Shown here: piece by piece, positions 30,201 to 38,264 of the stretch
Position numbering within the stretch: the stretch's first letter is position 1
Layout of the letters: each line of letters opens with the position of its first letter
Source: a virus
Lineage: Duplodnaviria > Caudoviricetes
Length of the DNA stretch: 41,391 bases
IMG/VR virus record: IMGVR_UViG_3300033076_000709
Span: 1-41,391 of that record
Reading direction: 5' to 3' (one strand)
Translations under genes and position numbers: made by a program
The notes under the pieces: model-generated
The model's input: only the letters and a program-made list of their open reading frames with translations
Told to the model about the DNA's origin: nothing
The model's database searches: none

Positions 30201-33200
30201 GGCAGATTATTAGTTGGTAGCCCAGGTAGTGATCTTGGCGATAGTTCTGTGGACTACGGACGCACTGCTATTTTTACCAATGCAACTAACAGACCTAGCT
30301 GGTATCCAATTCATGTTCAGACTCCTGTTGCTGACATTAATTTGATTAACGGCGTCTACATGTATGATAAGTTGCAATCTAGCGCAACCCATTTCTTTGA
30401 TTCAATCAATCCAATCCAAGGAAAAATACTAGGTGCAGCTCGACAGAACATTGATTACATCGGCAGTGATGATCCTGCAAAATACAATGCAGGCCCTGCA
30501 AATAACAATGGTAATTTCTGGGCCGATGACCTAGTAGGCCGCATTTGGTGGGATATTAGTTCGGTAAGATTCATAGACCCGATGCAAAACGATGTTGTCT
30601 ATACAAGCCGTCGCTGGGCGCAAACGTTCCCTGGAAGTAAAATCGAAGTTTACCAATGGATTGCCGCTGATGTTCCACCAGCACAATACACAGGTCCGGG
30701 TGTGCCATATTCTCTAGAAGATTTTACAGTTACTTCGAAACTTAATTCTCAGGGTATATTTGTTACCAGTTATTATTTCTGGGTAACTGGGTTAGAGACC
30801 ATTGATACAGGTGCAGGTAAAACATTAAGCACTGTTGGTATTGCTCGTTACATCGAAAGTCCCAAGAGTTCGGGTATCCCTTACATTGCGCCGATTGATG
30901 CCAACACCTTTGCAATCTACAACGGAATTGAATATCTAAGTGCGTCTGACACTATTATTCATATTGATTATGATCGCGAAGAAACCAGTGCGAACATTCA
31001 TACAGAATACGAACTCATTGCACAAGACAAAGAAGATAGTTTCTTAAGTGCTAACTTGTATAGAAAATTACAAGATAGTTTCTGCGGTGTAAACTCCAAC
31101 GGAGCTGCTGTTCCTGACATTACATTAAGCCCAGCAGAACGTTATGGCGTACAGTTTAGACCACGTCAGAGCATGTTTGTTGATCGTTATGCTGCTCTGA
31201 AGAATTATCTAACCTATGTCAACGAGATTTTAAAAGACTATCCTACTGTTGAAAACAAATCGTTCACTCTACTGAACAGCATTGAGCCAGAGCCCACTGT
31301 GGCCAGCGGCGAATGGAATCAACGACTAGCTACCATTGAGGAGCTTGGGTATCAAAATATTTACGCGGTACCGCTAGGTTACAAATATCTTGTGGCTTAT
31401 GATAGCACTAACAATGGCAATTGGACCATTTATACAGTGGCTCAGGATACTAATATTCCTTCGGCACCTCGATACACATTGTTAACTCGAGTACAAAACT
31501 ACGACACAAGACAATACTGGGAATATATTAATTGGTACGATCCAACTTACAACAGTAGTATTGTTCCGGTTGCCGAAGTGGCTACATATTCAGAATTAGC
31601 AACAATCTTTTTTGATACCGCAGTAGGTAGCAGCGTAAAGGTTACTGCTAATGCCCAAGGCAAATTTGAAATTTATTTACGTACAGTTACTGGATGGGAT
31701 CGTGTTGGATTACAAAACGGAACCATTGCATTTGCTCAAGACTTGTGGGACTATTCTATTGGACGTTTTGGATTTGACGTTGAAGTATTTGACGCACAGT
31801 ACTTTGACCAAGAGCCAGTTATTGAAACTAGAAAAATTATACAGGCAATCAATGAAGAGTTATTTGTTGGCGATCTAGCAATACATCGTAACCGTGCATT
31901 AATATTAATGTTTAACTTTATATTGAGCGAATCCGAAGCGCCTGAATGGTTAACAAAAACAAGTTTGATTGACGTTAATCATAAGATTCGTCAATTGCTG
32001 CCATACCAAGTATATCGTCAAGACAATCAAGAATTTGTGCTTGATTATCTCAATGAAGTTAAACCATATCACGTACAAATACGAGATTTTAGTTTATCAT
32101 ACAATGGTGAAGACGCATACCAAGGCCAGTTGTCTGACTTTGATGTTCCGAGCTATTATAACAATCTCTTAGAAATCCCACAGTATGTAAGTCCTGTGCT
32201 ATTACCATACGATAAAAGCACTGCAGGCGGGACTGGGACTCCTAACACAGTTTCAGACGCCGGCACTAGCGCACAAATTTGGGCAGAGTGGCCTTGGAAC
32301 CAATGGTATAACAATTATCTATTGAGCGTTAATGATGTTACTATACTCAACGGCGGCTCGGGATATGTTGAAATCCCAACAGTGACAGTAATAGGCGAGT
32401 GTACAGTTGCAGCAGAATTGCTGGCACGTATTAACAGTGCTGGCCAAGTTGTGGCAATTGATGTAATCGTTCCGGGTGCCGGGTATGTAACAACCCCAAC
32501 AATTGCTATAACAGGTGGTAGTGGTTCGGGCGCAACTGCTTATCCAGTAATGAACAACGAGTTGGTTAGATCTATCAAAACAACGATCAAATATGATCGT
32601 TGCGAATATCAATCAACTGTGGTTGACTGGGAATCCAACGTCAGTTACAGCAGTGGAACACAAGTAAGATACAATAATCGCGTGTGGGCAGCAATCGGAA
32701 CAGTTCAAACAACTGAGTTTGATCCCGATAACTGGTTATTAGTACCAGCTTCTGATCTCAGCGGCGCTAATAGAACACAAGGTTTCTATGTTGCTACTGT
32801 TAATGAGCCAGGATTACAATTGCCATTATTGATTGATGGAATTGAATACCCAGGAGTACAAGTTACCGGCCCAGGATTTAATCAAAACACTGGCTTTGAT
32901 GTTGGTAACTTTGATATTAATCCGTTTGACAACATCAGCTATGGACCAGAAGGTCGTCCAACTTATGATCCTGCTATACTGGATGCTGTGTACGAAAGTT
33001 CTTATCTTGATCCATTCTTAGGCACACGAGCAACTGACGTTAATGTTGATGGCGGTGCTTATGTTGACACCTATTCAAGCTATGCTCCAGAAGAACTGGT
33101 ACCGGGAGCTGAGTTTGATACTCTAGACATGCGTGTTTATACTCGTGCAGGTTCTGACTGGGCTGTAAACGGCCATGGCTTCCCTACATTTGGGCAAGCA

Positions 33201-35141
33201 ATCGTGGTTGATTCAGTGCCAGCAGTTTATGATTTTAGTGGATGGTATGACGAAATACCGTTCCTGGTAGGAGGCACATTAACCAACAGAACAACTAACT
33301 TGAATCTTGTTCCGGGTGTGAACTACACAGTAAATTGGGCTGCTAGAACCTTTACTGTAGTATCGGGAATCAGCGTTGGCGATACCTTGCAAGGTGTTGC
33401 ATACGGCGCAGGCGGCGGAAATCAACTATACAGAAATACCTGGAACGGCAACGAAATTGGTAACACTGTAACAATTCCGGTTGCATACTCAGAGTTACAA
33501 GAAATTGATGTCTGGGTTAACGGTCAGAAATACACTAATCTAACTTACGCTGCGGGCACAGGTAATACCACTGTGGTTACATTTGGTGCAACATTTACAA
33601 TCAACCATGTTGTAACCTTGTATGCGTTGGGACCAACAACAATCGACGGCACAACTGTTAATTACAGTTGGAGCACACCTGTAACCCAGTTTATCGTGTG
33701 TGACGGGTCGACCACAATTTTTGAACTTGATAACAGTCTTGAATACTCTAACCCAGCGGTGCTCATAGTTGGTATCAATGGTCGTCGTTTAAGAACCGCA
33801 GCTAATATAGAACATTATGCTGATGGTAGCAGTGCATACGTGTTGCCAGATCGTTTAGGATTTAGTCAGTCATTAATTGCCGACAACGAAGTGTTGGTGT
33901 ACATTAACGACATTCCGCAGACTCTAGGCGTAGACTTTACTGTTGACCCGTATGTCGGCGATACAAGACAAATTACATTTACAACTGCTCCTGCAGAAGG
34001 TCAGCGTATTTTAATTGCTGTGACTACACAAGCACAGGCAGTAATCACAAGCGGATCATCATTGTTTATCCAAGGTGTTACTCCGGTTGCCGGTGATGTA
34101 ATTACTGTAGCAACTTGGAATGACACTAGACAACAAGATATTCTTACAACAGTATATGTTGGACCAGTATCAAGTGGCGCCACTGTCACAGAAGGATACG
34201 ATTCAACTGACTTTGATGCAGCAGATGTGAGTTTTGACCCTGGTAGCTTTGACTATACCGAAGGTGTAGTTGTAACTAGCAATGACTTATTCATGGGCCG
34301 ACCTGACACTAACCCATCACGAATGATAGTGACCCTAAACGGATTAAGATTATTCTACGGTGAAGATTTTACTATTTCGAACGGTGAAATTGTTCTTGCT
34401 GATAGTTTCGGAATCATTAGCCCTACTGCTGTTGTGATGATCACTGAATTTACAAATAGTCAGGTGCCAAATGAAATGGCATTCCGTATATTCCAGGACA
34501 TGCGTGGAGTTCAGGCAACTTATAGAATTACACCAACTACAACTACAACATTGGTACAAAATCTATCTACATCTGCTGATATTATCTATGTTGATGCTGC
34601 TGCAAATCTACCAACTCCGGATATTGAAAACAATATTTGGGGAATTATAACTATCAATGGCGAAAGAATTATGTATCGCAATATTGATGTTATTAACAAC
34701 ACTGTTAGTAGCTTACGCCGTGGAACTGCCGGTACTGCTGTTGCTGAACACACAACAGGTTCAATTGTATACAGCTTGTCTCGCAATGAAATTATGGACT
34801 CAGAATTCCAGAATTACATCAACAGCAATACATTCTCGGGCAACGGCACAACAACGGTTTTTGAAGCTGATAACATTGTGTTTGATCCCAACGATAGTTC
34901 TTTACCAATTGAATCTGTTGAAGTCTGGGTAGGTGGAACAAGAATGACTGATGGATATACAATTTCGGATGTAAATCCAGTTACTGTGGAGTTTGAAACA
35001 GCCCCAGCAGCAGGTGTAGAAATAGTTATATTGGTACGTCGTGGTGTAACTTGGTACGCTCCGGGCATTAATACTCCTAGCAATGGTGTTGCATTGCAAG
35101 ATACTGACACTCAGGCCGCAAGGTTCTTGAGGGGCTTGTAA
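21240..35141 (+). CDS. Giant (4633 aa) multidomain virion protein in the gp7-like wedge position
   Basis: Uninterrupted 13.9-kb ORF right after gp6. N-terminal FLPEIFQT, late LNEVKPYHVQIR, seven FG-GAP-like repeats, CBM5/12-like segments, NGGSGY/GAGY repeats and many V.vNG..L...DY beta-sandwich repeats. Confidence 0.75.
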   Translation: MARVRTVEFLPEIFQTTTNKQFLAATLDQMVQEPSFSKIQGYVGRRVGPGVNPDDEYIKEDTAVRTDYQLEPGVIITQPDSSKIRDAITYPGITDAISMYGGLTSNAQRLYASEYYTWDPFVDLDKFVNFSQYYWLPAGPDDVNVYSGQYPTSDTFDVTRENGVYTFSGATGDNPSITLVRGGSYQFNVAQNAKETVNYRVSNDGISSYLIDYQPNPTLQLVRGNTYVFTLALKGDYPFYIKTQPGLGTTDQYTTGVTNNGASEGKITFVVPQDAPDTLYYTNDVQRNMQGVINVIDGTPGTGAGFWIQTEPGVDGKISATPNISSRDVLGVVNNGEDLGTVTFNVPLSTDQSFYYTLNDISSSLPTNGVDLITSLKFNEINNIFVDRFLAQYPTGIDGITNLDGKTLVFQEQQPDAESGGWQVTTQFDPVVAGSGNNGRPGSFDTTLFDQTTDVPASARYSVWQANYVSTEGGNKYIKLTNIFSVSNYDKFTVLSGTVNSNTQWFKNADGVFEKIPLLSAVKTTLYYQDGTDPEIFGQIRLVDEADAGTLDINEIIGKKNYTSPNGVIFTNGLKVTFIGNIVPTSYENNSYYVEGVGTAIKLLPVGNFVTPETYTQSATIPYDSLAYDVGNFDASLNQPEVPDYLVINRASPDLNAWCRTNRWFHIDVINASAKYNNTVPYLDNNFRAKRPILEYRAGTRLFDYGTQGKQPVDIIDFSATDALSNINGSVGYSTDGYNFISGSRVIFAADIDPEVRNKIFVVEFIVPDTVPPLIAEPIINLVPAADSEVLFDQCVVCVSGNTQQGRAFFFDGITWQAAQQKTKVNQAPLFNVYDTAGVSYGDRTKYPSTNFAGSKLFSYATGNGTADTILGFPLKYLSLSNVGDIVFDNNLYEDSFTYTRDSISTTQNISEGNVREYSNRTSYAKEIGWQTAITESVIRQQFRFQYDGQPLLLDVPVDTTSVLPAIQLYSAGIFIDPSDYTFEVTNDTTIITINTVDEFAGVGDIIEVNALSNKTSKVAFYQVPVNLENNPLNKNSPSFTLGTARSHYQSIGENLKALVGPINGANNTRDLGNIIPYGTNILQQSAPMTLAGYFMRSKDYNIFNSIEWNSLEYEKFKVQLLATAVRNDYTNYSIPDMLTSIISDINTGKTESSPFYWSDMLPVSPTFTQTTTTITPISTDVFDLSTTYDFTSSNYKGLLVYLNDVLLVKDNDYIVSTDGPRLTITAPLAVGDVVVIREYATTYGNYVPNTPTKLGLYPAWRPRIYLDPNYTEPQMVIQGHDGSLTMAFGDFRDDLLLEFETRIFDNLKINSPIPLSATEVIPGQFRTTDYSLSEINQILSQSFLTWIGWNKLNYQAQTYNANDQFTWNYTSCGNILTGPNETALGIGAWRGLYQYFYDTTSPDTTPWEMLGFSIEPAWWQDVYGTAPYTGDNLVLWDDLAAGRVADPNGTYYLPQYARPRLTEIIPTGSEGELLSPFNSVVGYYDNSQFQKSWTVGDGGPVEYSWTKSSSYPFAVMRLLALTRPAEFFSLFADRDLYKFDTDYNQYLYNQRFRLDGSNIQVYGNGVSKASYINWIIDYNQQTGIDSTTALETDLASLDVRLCYRMAGFTDKEYMRIYTEKSSPNSLNSSLLLPDDSYSLLVYKNQPFDRVTYSSVVCQIVEDGYAVYGYSITQPFFEILVSKTYGTKTSITAGGQSIDVPNQYTDQVTRIPYGYVFTNKTIAIDFLLSYGALLTSQGLVFDDKDNGYVLNWNQMAQEFLYWANQGWEVGSVINLNPTAFSITAIKSQAIVDSIVAQTPENNILDQNRSTVPVRDLVIERMDNVFKAISQTQQTISYLDLKYTSYESMVILDNQSVFADLIYDPVTGARQSRIMVNATISNQWDGQLNAQGFILNNQQTVEEWKSNKKYAKGEIVSYKNNYWSAQTIVQPKAVFDYADWTQSDYTKIQTGLLQNLPNFSNQLINSYDVNTANLATDQDLVSYGLIGFRPRQYMSSLNLDDVSQVNVYKQFIGDKGTIRSVRLIGNARTTKEVAEYDLFENWAILKGVYGANANRSFIELRLNEADLLADPSIVQLVNIGQESQADQTVLLQDVWRQSYKLTSTDVFTTTTTPLQDAALPTAGYVSLNDVDITVFSLDGQLGGSSAVVNSLGVGTTVWAAKINRYDWNVYRCTAIPGYISSVTSNLNSTAIVEFTGKHGLAKEDVTVIRFFDNSVDGIYKVLAVPSSNTIVINLPIRNTITGRGVGLVLRTMRVAQASDVLNLSYANLLEAGTKAWVDNNGSGLWTVLEKQTPFVNSTALPVDADIYGARFGASIAQGYKNIIAVVGSPGYRTPYEESAQIGAVYPYLRDNNNQYAQTATLTLGTPGILGYGNSVDVGNQSWLAAGASASNGNQGYASVIYRAENNNAFEQRQLLVAPDEDFGTGEFGYSVSIDETERWLYVGAPGNDKVYAFARLDVEFQQAKYTTNGLTKNYSFDGLIEITEDQQITVVYNNQLLTYITDYEVIGSTVVLNTLPPAGQKITITRKGAQELIGDGSSTMFSIANYLANITDIWQISVTVNGILQRPFMDYTFSANIVDFISAPADGASVVVTATTQFTYVATLPVSGLAANARFGASITQTSDSRSIVIGASNDDSSTVDNSGLSYVFDRGVIKYIVSDPSVTTFTLPAGHQGPITVIVNGEYLTNSAQYINGQFSVVGDDVVLSSSVELNIGDVIEIENNIFTQIQVLEANAPFDQSQYGAALDMCPFNCSIAIGAPTDGTEFIQAGSVERRINQSRVYGITTSLNANPALTAGDTIRINNQLVTVPDAPNNTVTGLSNAINASGIPNVTSSVTDGLLTISIINSAAASTFNKLQVLPGITDTAFNALGFDTYAYTQTITSPAPTLNANFGSSLAFSSDAMTLIVGAPGGNIYEPNTFDDKTTYFDDRSTTFSTVVVQSGAVYSYDYLASSTAVLSNPSKYVFGQQIYDTGVASLDQWGSAVSYVNGRLLVGSPGSDLGDSSVDYGRTAIFTNATNRPSWYPIHVQTPVADINLINGVYMYDKLQSSATHFFDSINPIQGKILGAARQNIDYIGSDDPAKYNAGPANNNGNFWADDLVGRIWWDISSVRFIDPMQNDVVYTSRRWAQTFPGSKIEVYQWIAADVPPAQYTGPGVPYSLEDFTVTSKLNSQGIFVTSYYFWVTGLETIDTGAGKTLSTVGIARYIESPKSSGIPYIAPIDANTFAIYNGIEYLSASDTIIHIDYDREETSANIHTEYELIAQDKEDSFLSANLYRKLQDSFCGVNSNGAAVPDITLSPAERYGVQFRPRQSMFVDRYAALKNYLTYVNEILKDYPTVENKSFTLLNSIEPEPTVASGEWNQRLATIEELGYQNIYAVPLGYKYLVAYDSTNNGNWTIYTVAQDTNIPSAPRYTLLTRVQNYDTRQYWEYINWYDPTYNSSIVPVAEVATYSELATIFFDTAVGSSVKVTANAQGKFEIYLRTVTGWDRVGLQNGTIAFAQDLWDYSIGRFGFDVEVFDAQYFDQEPVIETRKIIQAINEELFVGDLAIHRNRALILMFNFILSESEAPEWLTKTSLIDVNHKIRQLLPYQVYRQDNQEFVLDYLNEVKPYHVQIRDFSLSYNGEDAYQGQLSDFDVPSYYNNLLEIPQYVSPVLLPYDKSTAGGTGTPNTVSDAGTSAQIWAEWPWNQWYNNYLLSVNDVTILNGGSGYVEIPTVTVIGECTVAAELLARINSAGQVVAIDVIVPGAGYVTTPTIAITGGSGSGATAYPVMNNELVRSIKTTIKYDRCEYQSTVVDWESNVSYSSGTQVRYNNRVWAAIGTVQTTEFDPDNWLLVPASDLSGANRTQGFYVATVNEPGLQLPLLIDGIEYPGVQVTGPGFNQNTGFDVGNFDINPFDNISYGPEGRPTYDPAILDAVYESSYLDPFLGTRATDVNVDGGAYVDTYSSYAPEELVPGAEFDTLDMRVYTRAGSDWAVNGHGFPTFGQAIVVDSVPAVYDFSGWYDEIPFLVGGTLTNRTTNLNLVPGVNYTVNWAARTFTVVSGISVGDTLQGVAYGAGGGNQLYRNTWNGNEIGNTVTIPVAYSELQEIDVWVNGQKYTNLTYAAGTGNTTVVTFGATFTINHVVTLYALGPTTIDGTTVNYSWSTPVTQFIVCDGSTTIFELDNSLEYSNPAVLIVGINGRRLRTAANIEHYADGSSAYVLPDRLGFSQSLIADNEVLVYINDIPQTLGVDFTVDPYVGDTRQITFTTAPAEGQRILIAVTTQAQAVITSGSSLFIQGVTPVAGDVITVATWNDTRQQDILTTVYVGPVSSGATVTEGYDSTDFDAADVSFDPGSFDYTEGVVVTSNDLFMGRPDTNPSRMIVTLNGLRLFYGEDFTISNGEIVLADSFGIISPTAVVMITEFTNSQVPNEMAFRIFQDMRGVQATYRITPTTTTTLVQNLSTSADIIYVDAAANLPTPDIENNIWGIITINGERIMYRNIDVINNTVSSLRRGTAGTAVAEHTTGSIVYSLSRNEIMDSEFQNYINSNTFSGNGTTTVFEADNIVFDPNDSSLPIESVEVWVGGTRMTDGYTISDVNPVTVEFETAPAAGVEIVILVRRGVTWYAPGINTPSNGVALQDTDTQAARFLRGL

Positions 35142-35146
35142 ACACA

Positions 35147-35154
35147 GGTAAATA
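35147..35154 (+). promoter_or_regulatory. Putative late promoter GGTAAATA
   Basis: Exact octamer, 4 nt before the ATG at 35159. Confidence 0.6.
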
Positions 35155-35158
35155 ATGC

Positions 35159-35314
35159 ATGAATCAGAGTAATCAACAACAGACCGAAACGGTACAACAA
35201 AAGCCGAATCCTGTGCCCAAGAAGCCCAATGAAATGGGCAGTATTAACGTAGAAGGATTTGTTAAAATTTTTGATCCTAACACACAGGAAAAATTTGTGG
35301 AGAAACGAGCATGA
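35159..35314 (+). CDS. Small 51-aa protein not in the ORF track; paralogous to the N-terminus of the next gene
   Basis: MNQSNQQQTETVQQKPNPVPKKPNEMGSINVEGFVKIFDPNTQEKFVEKRA; fills the gap, follows a late motif, and its stop overlaps the next ATG (ATGA). Confidence 0.8.
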   Translation: MNQSNQQQTETVQQKPNPVPKKPNEMGSINVEGFVKIFDPNTQEKFVEKRA

Positions 35315-35919
35315 TCATTCAGCCAGGACTGGCCAAAATTGAAGGATTTGTAAAGATCCTTGACCCAAACAGCGGCGAAATTCTAGTGGACAAGAAGAAT
35401 GCCATTCATTACGAAAACATTTCGATTGCAATGGCAGAAACACTAAGCAACAGAAATGTTGGATGGATCTATCAAATGGCATTCGGCAATGGTGGTAGTT
35501 CTGTGGATCCAACTGGTGTTATTACCTATCTCCCGCCTAACACAACAGGACAAAACGCTGACTTATACAACGAAACTTACGCCAAAGTTGTAGACGATAA
35601 CTCCAGTGCAAACACCGATGCTGTCAACAATAAAATGACAGTATTGCACACAACTGGTAAAGTTTACACTGACATTTTGGTAAGTTGTTTGCTGGATTAC
35701 GGCGAGCCTGCTGGACAACAGGCATTTGATAACTCAACTAATTTCAATGGTGAATATGTTTTTGACGAACTAGGACTTAAATCCTGGAACGGGTCAGTAA
35801 CAGACTTGAGATTAATAACACACGTTATTTTTCACCCAGTTCAAAAGAGTTTGAATCGTCAGATTCAAATTGATTATACATTGCGTATTCAAACTTTGAC
35901 TAATTTAAGTCAAACGTAA
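35311..35919 (+). CDS. Virion structural protein, possibly a baseplate/fibre attachment protein
   Basis: Located in the tail operon; MAFGNGG and FDELGL...LITHVIFHPVQKSLNRQIQIDYTL are reminiscent of fibre-attachment beta proteins (inference). Confidence 0.55.
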   Translation: MIIQPGLAKIEGFVKILDPNSGEILVDKKNAIHYENISIAMAETLSNRNVGWIYQMAFGNGGSSVDPTGVITYLPPNTTGQNADLYNETYAKVVDDNSSANTDAVNNKMTVLHTTGKVYTDILVSCLLDYGEPAGQQAFDNSTNFNGEYVFDELGLKSWNGSVTDLRLITHVIFHPVQKSLNRQIQIDYTLRIQTLTNLSQT

Positions 35920-35934
35920 TATGTATAGATTAAC

Positions 35935-35946
35935 GGTAAATAAATA
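35935..35946 (+). promoter_or_regulatory. Putative late promoter GGTAAATA(AATA)
   Basis: Octamer with an overlapping second TAAATA, upstream of a GGAG Shine-Dalgarno and the ATG at 35971. Confidence 0.6.
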
Positions 35947-35970
35947 AAGCAAGCACGGAGTAACCTGAAA

Positions 35971-37260
35971 ATGGCATATACAATCAATCTTACCGATGGC
36001 GCAATTTTTGCTACTATTGCAGACGGCACCATCAACACATCAAGTTCAATGACACTTGTTGGTAAAAACTACGCTGGTTATGGCGAGTTTTTAGACGAAA
36101 ACTTTATTCACTTGTTGGAAAATGGAGCCAACACTACTGCACCTAGCGCACCGCTAACAGGTCAGATTTGGTGGGATAAAACCAATAATAATCTTAATGT
36201 TTACAGTGGTTCAGCATGGAAGCGCATCGGTGGCGCAACAGCACAGAGCAGCGCACCTAGCGGAGCTACTAGTGTAGCCGGTGACTTGTGGTATGATTCT
36301 ACAAACGCACAGTTAAAAGTCTACACAGGAACTGCCTGGTTATTAGTTGGTCCTGCATTTACTGCTGGAACAGGCACAACAGGTGCAATTGTTGACACGA
36401 TTGTCGATAATACTTCTGTCAGTCACGTCGTAATTAAATTCTACGTCGAAGACAGTGTTGTATCAATCATGTCTAAAGATGCAGCATTTACTCCACAAAC
36501 TGCTATCTCAGGATTTACTACAGTACGCCCCGGTATGACCATGGCTACTACTGTAGGTAGCCAAACTCCGTTGTTCCAGGGAACAGCAACAGACAGTCAA
36601 TTATTGGACGGCATCGATTCTACTGGCTTTTTAAGTTCTACTTCTGCAGATACCACAAGTGGCACATTGGGTATTCTCAATGACTCTGGCCTAACAGTTG
36701 GTGTCGACCAGGATGCTAAACTCAGCGTTTCGGGCGCAGGTGTTGTTACACTTGCTAACCAAACAAGCGGACAAAACATGACATTCTCGGTCAATGTAGG
36801 CGGAACTCCAACTACAGCATTAACTATCTATGGCGCCAATGGTACTGTAGCAGGTAATCAAGTTAACGCTAACTACGCCGACGTTGCAGAACGTTTTGCA
36901 GCTGACGAAGTTTACGAAGCTGGTACTGTTGTTGAATTAGGCGGCGACAAAGAAATTACCAGAGTTACCAGTGACCTAAGCGACAAAGTGTTTGGTGTCA
37001 TAAGTACAAGAGCAGCTTACTTGATGAATAGTGCTGCCGGTAGTGACGAAACTCACCCACCTGTTGCAATGACAGGCCGCGTTCCAGTTAAAGTTGTTGG
37101 CGTTGTTAACAAAGGCGATCGCCTTGTATCTGCAGGCAATGGATATGCAAGAGCAGCCCAACCAGGCGAAGCCACAGCATTTAACGTTATCGGTCGTGCA
37201 TTGACTTCCAAAGCTGATCAAGGTAATGGCGAAGTTGAAGCAATTGTGACGATTAAATAA
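35971..37260 (+). CDS. Tail fibre/spike protein with a C-terminal peptidase G2-like intramolecular chaperone domain
   Basis: Two G(Q/D)(I/L)W(W/Y)D.TN..L.VY.G.AW repeats, LLDGIDSTGF fibre motif, and C-terminal ADVAERF...GTVV...VFGVIS...PVAMTGRVPVKVVG.VNKGDRLV. Confidence 0.75.
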   Translation: MAYTINLTDGAIFATIADGTINTSSSMTLVGKNYAGYGEFLDENFIHLLENGANTTAPSAPLTGQIWWDKTNNNLNVYSGSAWKRIGGATAQSSAPSGATSVAGDLWYDSTNAQLKVYTGTAWLLVGPAFTAGTGTTGAIVDTIVDNTSVSHVVIKFYVEDSVVSIMSKDAAFTPQTAISGFTTVRPGMTMATTVGSQTPLFQGTATDSQLLDGIDSTGFLSSTSADTTSGTLGILNDSGLTVGVDQDAKLSVSGAGVVTLANQTSGQNMTFSVNVGGTPTTALTIYGANGTVAGNQVNANYADVAERFAADEVYEAGTVVELGGDKEITRVTSDLSDKVFGVISTRAAYLMNSAAGSDETHPPVAMTGRVPVKVVGVVNKGDRLVSAGNGYARAAQPGEATAFNVIGRALTSKADQGNGEVEAIVTIK

Positions 37261-37272
37261 TAGGAAATAGTA

Positions 37273-38247
37273 ATGAGTTATACATCTGGTGGATTAATTG
37301 AAGCAACAGATTACAATGGTTTTGCCAGCACAACTACAAACGGCAACGTCAATGCAATCTGGGGCACAGGTGCCGGCACTTACGGATACGGCCAATCAAC
37401 TACGCTGTCGACTGTGTCTGCAGGCGGAACAGTAACAGCTACCTCATGGGCAGACTTAGTTAACCGTATTAGTTCTATTGCAAGTCACCAAGGTACTACA
37501 ATTACAGCAAGAACAGCCCCAGTTGCAGGTAATACTATTGCTGTTCTTTCAGCAGTTGCCACAGACTTAACTAACTGTTATAATAATCGAAACAATGCTG
37601 TAAGTTCGGGTGCAACTATTTCGCCAGCAACAGGAACTTGGTGGCAAGCAACCAATACACCAAACAGTGTTTGGACAATTACTACCACACATACTGTTAC
37701 ATTTGCCAATGCTGCTGCTGCACGTTATTTCTTTAACTCGGGTGGGTTAATCAAGTGGGACGTTGCTAAAACATCAACAGGCACCGAAGCTGATACTGAG
37801 TGGAACGACCTAGCACAAACATTAACTGGTACAATTTATCTCAGTGGTGCAAACGCAGCGCACACTATTAATGGCACTTCGTACACAGGAACTACAAAAT
37901 CAGGTGGAACAGGGGTACCTACTACATTAAACACCACAGTTGGTTTTTATAATCTATCTACTGTGGCATCCACATTGTATGATCAATATGCTGACTCGTC
38001 TCCGTACACTAGTGACCATATTAGATTGCAAGCTGTAGTTAATGATAATACAAACCCTACAGTATTGACATTCACTACTGCTTGGATCAACGCTAGCTCT
38101 GCTACACCAGGTTCTACAGAAATTATCACAGGCGGCGTTGCTGGCACAGGCCCAACCACAGTTGTTAACTACGTTGCTCCAGAAACAACTTATATTGCAA
38201 ACACCTGGGGAGCCATCACAATATCGGCTGCAACAGTTCTAAGCTAA
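37273..38247 (+). CDS. Thr/Gly-rich virion structural protein (fibre-associated)
   Basis: T/G/A/S-rich composition, GGLIEATDYN, YGYGQ and ARYFFNSGG motifs; last gene before the terminator. Confidence 0.6.
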   Translation: MSYTSGGLIEATDYNGFASTTTNGNVNAIWGTGAGTYGYGQSTTLSTVSAGGTVTATSWADLVNRISSIASHQGTTITARTAPVAGNTIAVLSAVATDLTNCYNNRNNAVSSGATISPATGTWWQATNTPNSVWTITTTHTVTFANAAAARYFFNSGGLIKWDVAKTSTGTEADTEWNDLAQTLTGTIYLSGANAAHTINGTSYTGTTKSGGTGVPTTLNTTVGFYNLSTVASTLYDQYADSSPYTSDHIRLQAVVNDNTNPTVLTFTTAWINASSATPGSTEIITGGVAGTGPTTVVNYVAPETTYIANTWGAITISAATVLS

Positions 38248-38264
38248 TTGATTTAGTTTTACCA

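Noticed and set aside
35971-38247. Diversity-generating retroelement target in the fibre genes
   Set aside because: No reverse transcriptase and no template/variable repeat pair seen in the window. A system acting from elsewhere in the genome cannot be excluded.
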